Assembly (NCBI RefSeq): GCF_008000775.2 | Contig: NZ_CP042905.2 | Coordinates: 3,120,001 to 3,152,000 of the forward strand | DNA: 32,000 nt | Reading direction: 5' to 3' | From: Promethearchaeum syntrophicum | Lineage (GTDB): Archaea > Asgardarchaeota > Lokiarchaeia > Sigyniarchaeales > Promethearchaeaceae | Shown: positions 9,262 to 18,403 of the stretch, in pieces | How the letters are laid out: each line of letters opens with the position of its first letter | Position numbering within the stretch: the stretch's first letter is position 1 | The notes under the pieces: model-generated | Seen by the model: only the letters and a program-made list of their open reading frames with translations | Told to the model about the DNA's origin: nothing | The model's database searches: none | Translations under genes and position numbers: made by a program

Positions 9262-11313
9262 TTAAGAAATTGAATAAGTACGAGTCGCATTTTCGAAATC
9301 CAATTCTAATGTTTGAGATTCGAATTCAATGAGTGTAGTATTTGTTCCAAATATTTGATAACAAAAATCGTTATCAAATCGGGGAAATGGGCCTAAATCT
9401 ACCTCTGAACCATTTGAAGTCATTGGTCCATCCCATGCGACAGTGATAATTCCTTGGGAAGGAGAATCATAAACTATATCAAATCCTACTGCCAATTGGT
9501 TCACTTTTACTTCCGCATCTAAAATTTCTTCAATGAATGCATCAAAAGTTGCATAATCCTCAACATTCGCTAATTCTACGATGTAAGCATTTTTTTTTCC
9601 GAAAGATTTGAGTTCAATATCAGATTCCCAATGTGTTTTCTCATGAGAATAGAGGGCAATGTAACTATCGTTTTTAGAACCAAAGGTCCATTTTCCATGC
9701 TGTTCAACCGAATCAAAAGCCCATTGAGGAAAATAAGCATGAGTATATGGTTTAAACTCAAGATAAAGAAATACTATTTCACCTATCAACGAAGTTGCTA
9801 ATCGATCATATTGGAATATACCAACATTTTCATGTAATGTTGCTCTAGGTTTCCACCCGCCTGTGAATTCTTGAGGACTTACACCTCCAGGAGAATTTGT
9901 ATAGACAATGGCAGTTTCATCTAAACTTGCTTGCCAGATATGTTCTTGTAATCCAGCCATTCCTTTATGATAATCTTGAGCACCTGAAAGCTGATAATAT
10001 GGAGTCCGATAGGTATAGGTACTTACAGATTCTAAACACGTTCCTTGGGTTACAATCTTTAATTTTTCACAAAATTCACTGAGTGTGGTTCCATGAATCG
10101 TCCCCCCAATATTTAGGAGATCTAAAAACATAGCATCATTAAAAATTAACTTTGTTTTAATGTCATATTCTTCCATTAATCTTACAGATGCATCAATTAT
10201 TGGAGATGAGGCAGGAGCTGACATTGGCCACCAAAACATAAGATCATCTTCGGATGTATAACCCAAGCCGTAAGTAGGACCATCAGCTAAATTTAAACTA
10301 CTCCTTTCTTTATGTTCATTGTTGGTAGCTGCAAATTCAGCGATATCTTCTAAAATAGGAGGTGGAACGTATTTTTCGCTAGCTGCAATTGAAATTGCAC
10401 CGCGGTTATTTCCATCATTGATATTATGTTTGCCTATTCCAAGTAATACCCATGCAGATTCAGAGGGAGATTCTCGACTTGCCGGAGAATCTATTGAAGT
10501 TCCCACTTGTCGACTATCCTCTGTACGTCCATGGGTGGTTGCGTAGATGCTGTGGTAAAAATTATTTGCAAAATCAAAAGCAATGAGATCTACTAACATC
10601 ATAGCTTTAGTGGAAATGGATTCATCTTTGGAAAATTCAACTAAATTCATTAAAGCGATTAAATCTAATGTAAAATAAATATTCGAATGCCATTCTGAAA
10701 ATCCAAATTGAGCACGCCACCCTATCCAACGATTTATCAAAGGAATTGCATGATTAACATGCTCAATACCAGTCATATTTGAATTTGTAAAAGTCTCGTT
10801 TGGATATAATTGTCCAGCCAACAATTCGGCAGTGTGAAAAAGAATCATATGATTTTCTGTCCAAAATATCATATTATCTGAGTTAGGTTCAGTGAACCAA
10901 TATTTAAAATCAAGAACAGTTTGCTTTAAATCCATTTTCAATTCAGAACTTAGAATGTGTGTTACATTATCAAAGTAGAGCATTCGTAAATATGCGTTTA
11001 CATCAAAATCTGAAGTATCTTCAAAGTTATTTACATCCTCAAGAGTATTTCGTATAATAGTTTCATTTATGGGTAATCCTAGATAAATCCGTGCTACTTG
11101 GGCATGAAACCCATTATTTTCATGGGTACCATTAAGATAAAATTTTTGGCGTTCAGTGAAATTAAGATGTGGATATTGTTGTAAATCTTTAAAATAATTT
11201 GTATTTTGAGATTTCGGAGCATTTATGCTAAATTCAGTTAAAGAAAATATAGGAATGAGCATAACTGCTAAAATCACACTAATTTTCGCAAATTTTTCTG
11301 TTAATTTTTTCAT
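9262..11313 (-). CDS. Uncharacterised 683-aa predicted secreted or membrane-anchored paralogue of the 671-aa protein at 2071-4086
   Basis: Signal-like N-terminus KKLTEKFAKISVILAVMLIPIFSLTEFS; same conserved blocks as the paralogue (WTENH, GF.EW.SNIYF, THGR, YRTPYY.LS..QDY.KG..G.QEHIWQASL). Confidence 0.78.
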   Translation of the reverse strand: MKKLTEKFAKISVILAVMLIPIFSLTEFSINAPKSQNTNYFKDLQQYPHLNFTERQKFYLNGTHENNGFHAQVARIYLGLPINETIIRNTLEDVNNFEDTSDFDVNAYLRMLYFDNVTHILSSELKMDLKQTVLDFKYWFTEPNSDNMIFWTENHMILFHTAELLAGQLYPNETFTNSNMTGIEHVNHAIPLINRWIGWRAQFGFSEWHSNIYFTLDLIALMNLVEFSKDESISTKAMMLVDLIAFDFANNFYHSIYATTHGRTEDSRQVGTSIDSPASRESPSESAWVLLGIGKHNINDGNNRGAISIAASEKYVPPPILEDIAEFAATNNEHKERSSLNLADGPTYGLGYTSEDDLMFWWPMSAPASSPIIDASVRLMEEYDIKTKLIFNDAMFLDLLNIGGTIHGTTLSEFCEKLKIVTQGTCLESVSTYTYRTPYYQLSGAQDYHKGMAGLQEHIWQASLDETAIVYTNSPGGVSPQEFTGGWKPRATLHENVGIFQYDRLATSLIGEIVFLYLEFKPYTHAYFPQWAFDSVEQHGKWTFGSKNDSYIALYSHEKTHWESDIELKSFGKKNAYIVELANVEDYATFDAFIEEILDAEVKVNQLAVGFDIVYDSPSQGIITVAWDGPMTSNGSEVDLGPFPRFDNDFCYQIFGTNTTLIEFESQTLELDFENATRTYSIS

Positions 11314-11374
11314 ATATCTAAATTACCCTTTAAATTCAAAAATATTTACATATTTAGTTGATAATTATGATATC

Positions 11375-12013
11375 ATGAATTATTTTTCAGAAACCCTAAA
11401 AAAATATTTTTTAATCCCAGTTGTTTCAATTGAGAGTTTAGATAAAATTGCTCCACTGACACAAACATTGCAAGCGGCCGGTATAAAGTTTCTGGAAATA
11501 ACCTATCGTAATAAAAATGCGAGTGAAGCCCTTAAAATTCTTCAAAATAATAATTTTAATATGATAATTGGAGCAGGAACGATTCGAACTCTTGCCCAAG
11601 CAGAGGAAGCAATAAAATATGGAGCTAAATTTTTGGTGAGTCCTGGATTTAATAAAGAAATTATACATTTTGCTGCAAAACGGAATATTCCATTTGTTCC
11701 AGGTGTCGACTCTACCCTAAGTATTGAATTAGCTAATTCAGAAGGAATTAGTTTGTTAAAATTTTTTCCAGCAGAGATATCTGGAGGCATAAAATGGTTG
11801 AAATCTATTAAAGGACCATATCATGAAATAAAATTTATTCCCACAGGAGGGATTACTCTTGAAAATTTGGATCTCTACGTTAAACTAACGAATGTTGCAG
11901 GGATCGGAGGATCATTTCTTGCCCCTAAAAGGCTCATCTTGGAAGATAATTGGGATGAAATAGCTTTAATCTGCACGAAAGCAATAAAAATAGTTGAATT
12001 AGCTAGAGGATAA
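11375..12013 (+). CDS. eda: KDPG/KHG aldolase (2-dehydro-3-deoxy-phosphogluconate aldolase)
   Basis: Eda hallmarks: FLEITYRN, GAGTI, LVSPGF, PFVPGVDS, LLKFFPAEISGG with Schiff-base Lys, FIPTGGI, GIGGSFL. The supplied ORF start at 11225 overlaps the divergent gene; ATG at 11375 matches the family N-terminus. Confidence 0.9.
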   Translation: MNYFSETLKKYFLIPVVSIESLDKIAPLTQTLQAAGIKFLEITYRNKNASEALKILQNNNFNMIIGAGTIRTLAQAEEAIKYGAKFLVSPGFNKEIIHFAAKRNIPFVPGVDSTLSIELANSEGISLLKFFPAEISGGIKWLKSIKGPYHEIKFIPTGGITLENLDLYVKLTNVAGIGGSFLAPKRLILEDNWDEIALICTKAIKIVELARG

Positions 12014-12055
12014 ATATTAATTACTTAAAAAATGAAGAGAAATGTGACTTAAAAT

Positions 12056-13093
12056 ATGAGAAATTATGTAGTAACCTTAGGAGAAATAATGCTTAGGTTA
12101 AAATCACCTAATTTTGAACGTTTGCTTCAAAATCCGGTATTAAAAGCAAGTTTTGGAGGAAGCGAATCTAATGTAGCTATTTCACTCGCAAATTTCGGTA
12201 TACCGTCTCGATTTGTTAGCGCACTCCCTAACAATCAGCTGGGTTTGGCAGTAATTAGATTCTTGAAATCAATGAATGTGGATACCTCGTATATCCAAAT
12301 GCAAGGGACTCGCTTAGGAACATATTATTTAGAGACTGGATCAGGTCCACGCCCTTCAAAGGTGATCTATGATCGTTCAAATTCAAGTATTTCACAAGCT
12401 AAAACAGAAGATTTTGATTGGGATTTAATTTTCAAAGATGTAAAATGGTTTCATATATCTGGTATTACACCAGCTTTATCTCAAAAATCTGCTGATATAT
12501 CCCTTAGTGCGATTAAGTTTGCGAGGAATTTGGGTATAAATATCTCGTGCGATTTAAATTATCGTAAAAATTTATGGAATTACGGAAAACCAGCGAAAGA
12601 AGTAATGGGGAAAATAGTACCACTTATTGATATTATTATTGCCAATGAAGAAGATCTTCAAAAATCCTTAGGAATTGAAGAGGATCAAATAATTGGAACT
12701 GAGAATTTAGATCCCCAAAAATATGAAAAAATGTTGAAAAAAGTTTCGGAACAATTTCCAAATATAAAAATAATAGCAACAACGCTTCGGGAAAGTTTTT
12801 CAGCAGATCACAATGATTGGAGTGCATTATGTTATGAAAAAGCAACAAATACAACTTTTTTCTCAAGAAAATATGCACTAAAAAATATCGTCGATAGGGT
12901 TGGAGCAGGGGATGCCTTCGCAGGTGGGTTTATTTACGGAATCTATTCTAAATTGGATATTCAAGGTGCTTTAGAATTTGCGGTAGCCGCTTCTACTTTA
13001 AAACATACGATTCCAGGAGATATTAACCGTGTATCTATTAAAGAAGTAAAGAATTTTTTAGAAGGGGAATCATCTGGACGTGTTCAGCGTTGA
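12056..13093 (+). CDS. kdgK: PfkB-family sugar kinase, 2-keto-3-deoxygluconate kinase-like
   Basis: VVTLGEIMLRL, GGSESNVAISLANFG, SCDLNYRKNLW, IIANEEDL, C-terminal VDRVGAGDAFAGGFIYG; adjacent to eda. Confidence 0.85.
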   Translation: MRNYVVTLGEIMLRLKSPNFERLLQNPVLKASFGGSESNVAISLANFGIPSRFVSALPNNQLGLAVIRFLKSMNVDTSYIQMQGTRLGTYYLETGSGPRPSKVIYDRSNSSISQAKTEDFDWDLIFKDVKWFHISGITPALSQKSADISLSAIKFARNLGINISCDLNYRKNLWNYGKPAKEVMGKIVPLIDIIIANEEDLQKSLGIEEDQIIGTENLDPQKYEKMLKKVSEQFPNIKIIATTLRESFSADHNDWSALCYEKATNTTFFSRKYALKNIVDRVGAGDAFAGGFIYGIYSKLDIQGALEFAVAASTLKHTIPGDINRVSIKEVKNFLEGESSGRVQR

Positions 13094-13127
13094 ATCAAGA
13101 ATGTAAAAGAAAAGAGAGGGTAAAATT

Positions 13128-14267
13128 TTGGGTAGAAAGAAATTAAAATATGGAATGGTAGGTTATGGATTAATGGGATGGGGCCATACCCTTGAATTAA
13201 AATTTTCCCCAAAATTGAGAGGGAGAACTAATTTTATTGCTTGTTTTGATCCCAGTCCAAAACAACAAGCAAAATTGAAAAAAAGAAGAAATGTTAAAGT
13301 TGCAGAATCATTCGAGGATTTATTGGATACCCCTGGAATTGAAGCTTTAATCATAAGTAGCCCTCCTCAGTTTCATGCAGAGCAAGTTATTGCAGGGTTA
13401 GAAGCGGGATTACATATTTACTCAGAGGTTCCTATGGCGATAAAGGAAGATGATATCAAGCGAATTATCGATGCAGAAGAGAAATCGAAAGGGATATATC
13501 AATATGGAGAAAATTATGTTTTTCTTTCTGAAGTATTGTATGCAGCCCATCTTTCTTCAAGCGGAAAAATAGGTCCTACAGTATATGCTGAAAGTGAATA
13601 TCTCCATGATGTTACCTATCGATGGCGACAGGATCATAAGGGAGGACCCGAAACACCTCGTATTGAGTCATGGTATTCCCTTATAGAACCGATGGAATAT
13701 GCGCACACAATTGGGCCAGCACAAGTGGCATTAGGAAGTCTTGAATCGCCAATGCCATTTATCGAAGTTAAAAGTTACAGCAATTCTATTGGTGGATTTA
13801 ATGGAGATCCTATTTGTCGCCCCTCAAGTTCTTTTCAAGTTGCTTTATTTAAAACAGAAACAGATGCGATAGCAAAATGTGCAAATGCTTATATCTTTGC
13901 TCGTGAACCAACGCGAATGACATTACAGCTTACTGGGAGAACCGGAACCTATGAATGTTATCGTATAGGGAGAGCAGGGAGGTTATTTCTTGCTGATGAT
14001 CATATTATTAAATTTCGGCACAGAAAAGGACGTGCATACAGGATTGGACCAATGGCTTTATCTCGAGTTGTACCTTGGAGGTTAGGTACCTATTTTGGAG
14101 CTCAACCCCGAATTTTTGATGATTGGTTATCTGCTATTGAAACAAACACACAACCCTCTCTCCATGCAAAAGTTGCCGCAAATATGTGTATGGCTGGAAT
14201 CTATGCTGCAAAAAGTGCCCAACAAAATAAAACCATAGAGATTCCAGTATTTTCTTCAAAAATGTAG
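13128..14267 (+). CDS. Gfo/Idh/MocA-family NAD(P)-dependent oxidoreductase (TTG start)
   Basis: N-terminal Rossmann YGMVGYGLMGWGH; ALIISSPPQFHAEQVIAGLEAGLHIYSEVPMA. TTG at 13128 is preceded by GAGAGGG; the next Met falls inside the Rossmann motif. Confidence 0.85.
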   Translation: MGRKKLKYGMVGYGLMGWGHTLELKFSPKLRGRTNFIACFDPSPKQQAKLKKRRNVKVAESFEDLLDTPGIEALIISSPPQFHAEQVIAGLEAGLHIYSEVPMAIKEDDIKRIIDAEEKSKGIYQYGENYVFLSEVLYAAHLSSSGKIGPTVYAESEYLHDVTYRWRQDHKGGPETPRIESWYSLIEPMEYAHTIGPAQVALGSLESPMPFIEVKSYSNSIGGFNGDPICRPSSSFQVALFKTETDAIAKCANAYIFAREPTRMTLQLTGRTGTYECYRIGRAGRLFLADDHIIKFRHRKGRAYRIGPMALSRVVPWRLGTYFGAQPRIFDDWLSAIETNTQPSLHAKVAANMCMAGIYAAKSAQQNKTIEIPVFSSKM

Positions 14268-14338
14268 AAATAGTAAACTACAGTGTAAGGTAAATTTTCC
14301 TAACTTTTTTTAATTAACTTTACTTCTTCGCATTAATA

Positions 14339-15541
14339 ATGAAAAAACCGTTTTTTCCTTTAGCGGTTCTGTTATTTTTAATTTCGATCTCAACTATCGC
14401 TGCGTTAACCGCTAATGATTCTCCTATTCTTGTAGAGGGGGCTGATTGTGTGGGATATCACGGTAACACATTCTTAAAAACTTCTTCACAGTTGAATTAT
14501 GGAGGAGCAGCTCATGTAGATGAAGAATTAGAATTTTCAATTGATTTTTACATCTTAGCGAATGGGATGATATTTAATGCAACTGTCGAATTATATAATT
14601 TTCCTGGAGATCTAACTATTCAAGAGGGGCAATCCCAACAGAATAAGTCCGAAATGAATTTCGATAGTTTCACACCCACGTGGAAAATTTCTGGAAATAT
14701 TGAGGGAAATTTCACTTTTAGTATCAAATCTACAGTCACCGTTAAATACATACCTTACCATTCGAATTATATAGCCACTTATGAATATCTCCACACCGGG
14801 TCATTCGCTGTATCAGAAAATCCTAACGATCCCCCATATTTATTAGATAATTCACAAGAAGAAGAAGGAATTAAGCCTCCATTTGATTGGAAAATTGTCC
14901 TTGGTCAGATTTTAGGGTTTTTTTCAATAATTTTAATATATTTTTGCATTCAATTGGGTATACCTGAAAGAAAGGCATGGATCCGAAAAAAAATGGGTTG
15001 GTCTGCCAAGCATTTAAGAGAAACTCATTGCGATTTAGGTTATTTGGCGATGGCAACCATTATTCTCCATAATATCATTTTATCTCTATCCTCATTATGG
15101 GGGTTCTATTTTAAATGGTTTCAATTTTATCCTACATTTTACGTTTTCAGAGAGGGATGGAATGGTATATTCGTGGGATTGGATTTGGCAGTATTTGGAT
15201 CACTTATCTTTATAATTGCTACAATAACGGGAACATTTTTCAAAAAGATAGCGAGAAAATTCGGATTCCGAACTGCCATTTTTACTCAACAGATTTCTTA
15301 CATTGCTTTAATCATATCAGTAATTCATGCTATCTTAAATGGTTCATGGACAAGGGATTACCCAATTCTCTTGATCATACAAATAATTATGGTAGCAGAA
15401 GTCCTTATTTCCCGTTTAATTGCGTATGCTCATGCTTATGATTTGAAATTAAGTAAAATCAAACCTGCGTCTGATCTTGAAAAAGCTTCTGATGAAATTG
15501 CAATCGAAATTTCACAAGATGAGTTTGATAGGAGTCAATAA
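14339..15541 (+). CDS. Membrane protein with signal peptide, about 180-aa extracytoplasmic domain and C-terminal ferric-reductase/cytochrome-b-like transmembrane domain
   Basis: N-terminal KKPFFPLAVLLFLISISTIAAL; about five or six C-terminal TM segments with membrane histidines in HCDLGYLAMATIILHNIIL and QQISYIALIISVIHAIL. Confidence 0.6.
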   Translation: MKKPFFPLAVLLFLISISTIAALTANDSPILVEGADCVGYHGNTFLKTSSQLNYGGAAHVDEELEFSIDFYILANGMIFNATVELYNFPGDLTIQEGQSQQNKSEMNFDSFTPTWKISGNIEGNFTFSIKSTVTVKYIPYHSNYIATYEYLHTGSFAVSENPNDPPYLLDNSQEEEGIKPPFDWKIVLGQILGFFSIILIYFCIQLGIPERKAWIRKKMGWSAKHLRETHCDLGYLAMATIILHNIILSLSSLWGFYFKWFQFYPTFYVFREGWNGIFVGLDLAVFGSLIFIIATITGTFFKKIARKFGFRTAIFTQQISYIALIISVIHAILNGSWTRDYPILLIIQIIMVAEVLISRLIAYAHAYDLKLSKIKPASDLEKASDEIAIEISQDEFDRSQ

Positions 15542-15545
15542 ATGT

Positions 15546-16013
15546 ATGTGGTTACTCATTCTTCATGTTTTCATTAATGTTCTAGGATTAGTTTTTCTCA
15601 TGGCAGGTTCTTTTCAAATTTTGATTAGTTCTAGCAAAAATTCATCAACCATCCAATCGGAGGAATTAGATAATTCTTTCATAGAAAATAACAATGGAAA
15701 ATCAAAAGAAGTTCGAAAGAGTAAAAATAAATTAATTGAAATAGGTTGGTATTTGTATACTTTTGGAGTTATTTTGGGTGCATTTCAAGCTAAAATAACA
15801 GTTGGATATTATTGGACTTGGGATCTTAAGGAAATTTTTAGTCTACTATCCATTCTTGGATATTTTAGCTATATAATAATAGAAATGAAATGGAATAAAC
15901 GAGTTAAACAATTTCTAATTTTAATTAGTTTGATACTGACTATTATCACTGTGATTATTCCCGCTATCGCTTATTCTTACCACAATCCATTTACTTTAAT
16001 TGGATTTAGCTGA
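15546..16013 (+). CDS. Short four-TM CcsA/CcmC-like (cytochrome c assembly family-like) membrane protein
   Basis: GAFQAKITVGYYWTWDLKEIFSLLSILGYFSYI resembles the CcsA/CcmC tryptophan-rich WGWDPKET region. Track start 15477 overlaps the upstream gene by 65 bp; ATG 15546 is preferred. Confidence 0.6.
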   Translation: MWLLILHVFINVLGLVFLMAGSFQILISSSKNSSTIQSEELDNSFIENNNGKSKEVRKSKNKLIEIGWYLYTFGVILGAFQAKITVGYYWTWDLKEIFSLLSILGYFSYIIIEMKWNKRVKQFLILISLILTIITVIIPAIAYSYHNPFTLIGFS

Positions 16014-16051
16014 TTCATTTTTGATTTTTTCAAGAATATTTAATTTATACT

Positions 16052-16585
16052 ATGGAAATTGGATTTTTTTTCCCATTTAATTCCCAATTTGTAAAAAAAA
16101 AAGCTAAAAAGCTAAAAATCATTGGTAAACTTATGGATTTAATGAGTTTCGAAGAATTTTCAAAAAAAAAGAGTTCACTTATTCCTTTATTGCAAAAAAT
16201 TCAAGAAAATTACGGATTTTTGTCTGCTGATGAGATGCAAAAAGTTTCAGCCTATTTAGAAATCCCGTTAAGCAAAGTTTATGGTGTGGCTACTTTTTAT
16301 TCGCAATTTAGATTTAGAGCCTTAGGAAAATTTGCTATTTCAATTTGTCATGGAACTTCTTGTCATGTTAATGGTTCTGTTGATATTGCTCAAATATTTA
16401 AAGACGAATTTGAAATTGACGAAGGAGGTATAACACCAGATGGATTAGTTTCTTTAGAAAGAGTTGCATGTTTAGGATGTTGCAGTATTTCTCCCGTGAT
16501 ACAGATTAATGATAAAATTTATGGACATTTAAATCGGAAAAAGGTTGAAAAATTAATTAAAAAATTAAAAGCAGGAGATTTGTAA
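16052..16585 (+). CDS. nuoE: NuoE/HndA-like [2Fe-2S] subunit (alternative start ATG 16133)
   Basis: VYGVATFYSQFRF, CHGTSC (C-x4-C with N-terminal C) and CLGCC: four-cysteine thioredoxin-like 2Fe-2S fold. Confidence 0.9.
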   Translation: MEIGFFFPFNSQFVKKKAKKLKIIGKLMDLMSFEEFSKKKSSLIPLLQKIQENYGFLSADEMQKVSAYLEIPLSKVYGVATFYSQFRFRALGKFAISICHGTSCHVNGSVDIAQIFKDEFEIDEGGITPDGLVSLERVACLGCCSISPVIQINDKIYGHLNRKKVEKLIKKLKAGDL

Positions 16586-18391
16586 ATGGTTCAAAACATT
16601 AAAAGACTTACTGTTGGAATGAATTCTTGCGGAATCGCAAACGGTGCAGAAGATTTATATAATATATTGTCTCAAAAAATAGAAGAAAGTAATCTTAAAG
16701 TTCCACTTATACAAGTTGGATGTATCGGAATGTGCTATCATGAACCACTTATCGACGTAATTACTGAAGATACGATTTATACTTATGGGGATGTAACTGA
16801 AAAAAAACTAGATAGGATTTTTGAAGATCATATACTAAATGGAAATATTATAGAAGATTGGATAGTAAAGAAAGACTCCTTTAAAGAAAATATTTTTGCG
16901 ATTGAAAATCGAACTACTTGGGATATTGATAATTTCTTCAAGAAACAAAAAAAAATTGTCTTAGAAAACTCCGGCTATATCAATGCAGAAAGTATTAAAG
17001 AATATATTGAATCAGGGGGATATCAGGCTTTAAAAAAAACCCTTCAAATGAATCCTGAAGAAGTAATAGATGAAGTTTCAAAATCGGGATTAAGAGGACG
17101 TGGTGGAGCAGGATTTTCAACTGGATTGAAATGGAAATTTACTCGAAAAGAGGATTCTAAAATAAAATATGTTATATGTAATGCAGATGAGGGCGATCCA
17201 GGAGCATTTATGGACAGAAATGTTATGGAAGGTGATCCTCATAGAGTAATTGAAGGAATGATAATTTGCGCTTACGCAATAGGTGCCCCTGAAGGTTTGG
17301 TTTACATTAGAGCAGAATATCCGTTAGCAATAAAAAGATTAAAAATTGCGCTTAAATCCGCTCATGAAAATGGATATCTTGGAGACAACATCCTAAATTC
17401 GGGTTTCTCATTTGATATTACAATAAAAGAGGGCGCAGGAGCTTTTGTTTGTGGAGAGGAAACTGCTATGATTCATTCAATTGAGGGGGATAGAGGAATG
17501 CCTACTTCAAAACCACCATTTCCGGCTCAAAAGGGAGTTTGGGCATATCCTACGAATATAAATAATGTGGAAACTCTCGCAAATGTTTCTTGGATTATCA
17601 GAAAGGGATCTCAAGCTTTTGCAGATATTGGAGTTGGTAAAAGTAAAGGCTCAAAAGTTTTCGCACTAGCGGGAAAGATTAAAAGAGGGGGGAACGTAGA
17701 AGTTCCAATGGGAATAACATTAAAAGAAATTTTGATTGATATTGGTGGGGGGACGAAATCAGGAAGTGATGTAAAAGCAATTCAGCTAGGAGGCCCATCT
17801 GGAGGATGCATTCCGGGTTCACTGCTCAATCTCAAAGTTACTTACGAAGATATTGCTGCAACAGGTGCAATCGTGGGGAGTGGAGGAATGATAGTAATGG
17901 ATGAAAGCACATGCATGGTAGATATTACTAAATTTTTCTTAGATTTTACTGTTAAAGAGTCTTGTGGAAAATGTGTGTTCTGTAGAATAGGTACAAAAAG
18001 AATGTTAGAAATACTACAAAAAATCACAGATGGAAATGGCACTTTAGATGACTTAGATAATCTATTAGATTTATCTGAAAAAATTAAGAAAGGGTCACTT
18101 TGTGGTCTTGGAAAAACTGCACCTAATCCAGTTTTAACGACATTAAAATATTTTACAGATGAATTTAAAGAACATATTGAGAACCATAAATGCAGAGCGG
18201 GTATTTGCAAACCATTAATTCACTATGAAATTACTGACGACTGTATCGGGTGCACTTTATGTGCCAAAAAGTGCCCCGTTCAGGCAATAGAGGGAGAAGC
18301 GAAAGAAAAACACTTCATTATTCAAGAAAAATGTTCCAAATGTGGAACTTGTTATAGTATTTGTCCTTCAAAGGCAATTAACATTATCTAA
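16586..18391 (+). CDS. nuoF: NuoF/HydB-like NAD(P)H-binding flavoprotein with N-terminal 2Fe-2S thioredoxin-like and C-terminal 2x[4Fe-4S] ferredoxin domains
   Basis: GLRGRGGAGFSTGLKWKF, CNADEGDPGAFMDRN, GAGAFVCGEETAMIHSIEG, ESCGKCVFCRIGT, C-terminal CIGCTLCAKKCP and CSKCGTCYSICP. Confidence 0.93.
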   Translation: MVQNIKRLTVGMNSCGIANGAEDLYNILSQKIEESNLKVPLIQVGCIGMCYHEPLIDVITEDTIYTYGDVTEKKLDRIFEDHILNGNIIEDWIVKKDSFKENIFAIENRTTWDIDNFFKKQKKIVLENSGYINAESIKEYIESGGYQALKKTLQMNPEEVIDEVSKSGLRGRGGAGFSTGLKWKFTRKEDSKIKYVICNADEGDPGAFMDRNVMEGDPHRVIEGMIICAYAIGAPEGLVYIRAEYPLAIKRLKIALKSAHENGYLGDNILNSGFSFDITIKEGAGAFVCGEETAMIHSIEGDRGMPTSKPPFPAQKGVWAYPTNINNVETLANVSWIIRKGSQAFADIGVGKSKGSKVFALAGKIKRGGNVEVPMGITLKEILIDIGGGTKSGSDVKAIQLGGPSGGCIPGSLLNLKVTYEDIAATGAIVGSGGMIVMDESTCMVDITKFFLDFTVKESCGKCVFCRIGTKRMLEILQKITDGNGTLDDLDNLLDLSEKIKKGSLCGLGKTAPNPVLTTLKYFTDEFKEHIENHKCRAGICKPLIHYEITDDCIGCTLCAKKCPVQAIEGEAKEKHFIIQEKCSKCGTCYSICPSKAINII

Positions 18392-18403
18392 GGTGGAAAA
18401 AAA

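Noticed and set aside
9576-10546. + strand ORFs inside the 683-aa gene (9576, 9897, 10319)
   Set aside because: Antisense to a paralogue-supported coding region.
11225-11374. 50-codon N-terminal extension of the KDPG aldolase in the supplied track
   Set aside because: It overlaps the divergent 683-aa gene and does not resemble the family. ATG 11375 gives the canonical Eda N-terminus.
12636-12878. - strand 80-aa ORF inside kdgK
   Set aside because: Antisense to conserved PfkB motifs.
14612-15441. ORFs 14612-14794, 14871-15056 (-) and 15115-15441 (+) in the 400-aa membrane protein gene
   Set aside because: Alternative frames of a TM-rich gene; the cysteine-rich 108-aa frame looks like a frame shadow rather than a real protein.
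15477-15545. N-terminal 23 residues of the track ORF for the CcsA-like protein
   Set aside because: Overlaps the upstream gene by 65 bp and is not TM-like; an internal ATG at 15546 directly precedes the first TM segment.
17842-18210. - strand 122-aa ORF within nuoF
   Set aside because: Antisense to strongly conserved Fe-S coding sequence.
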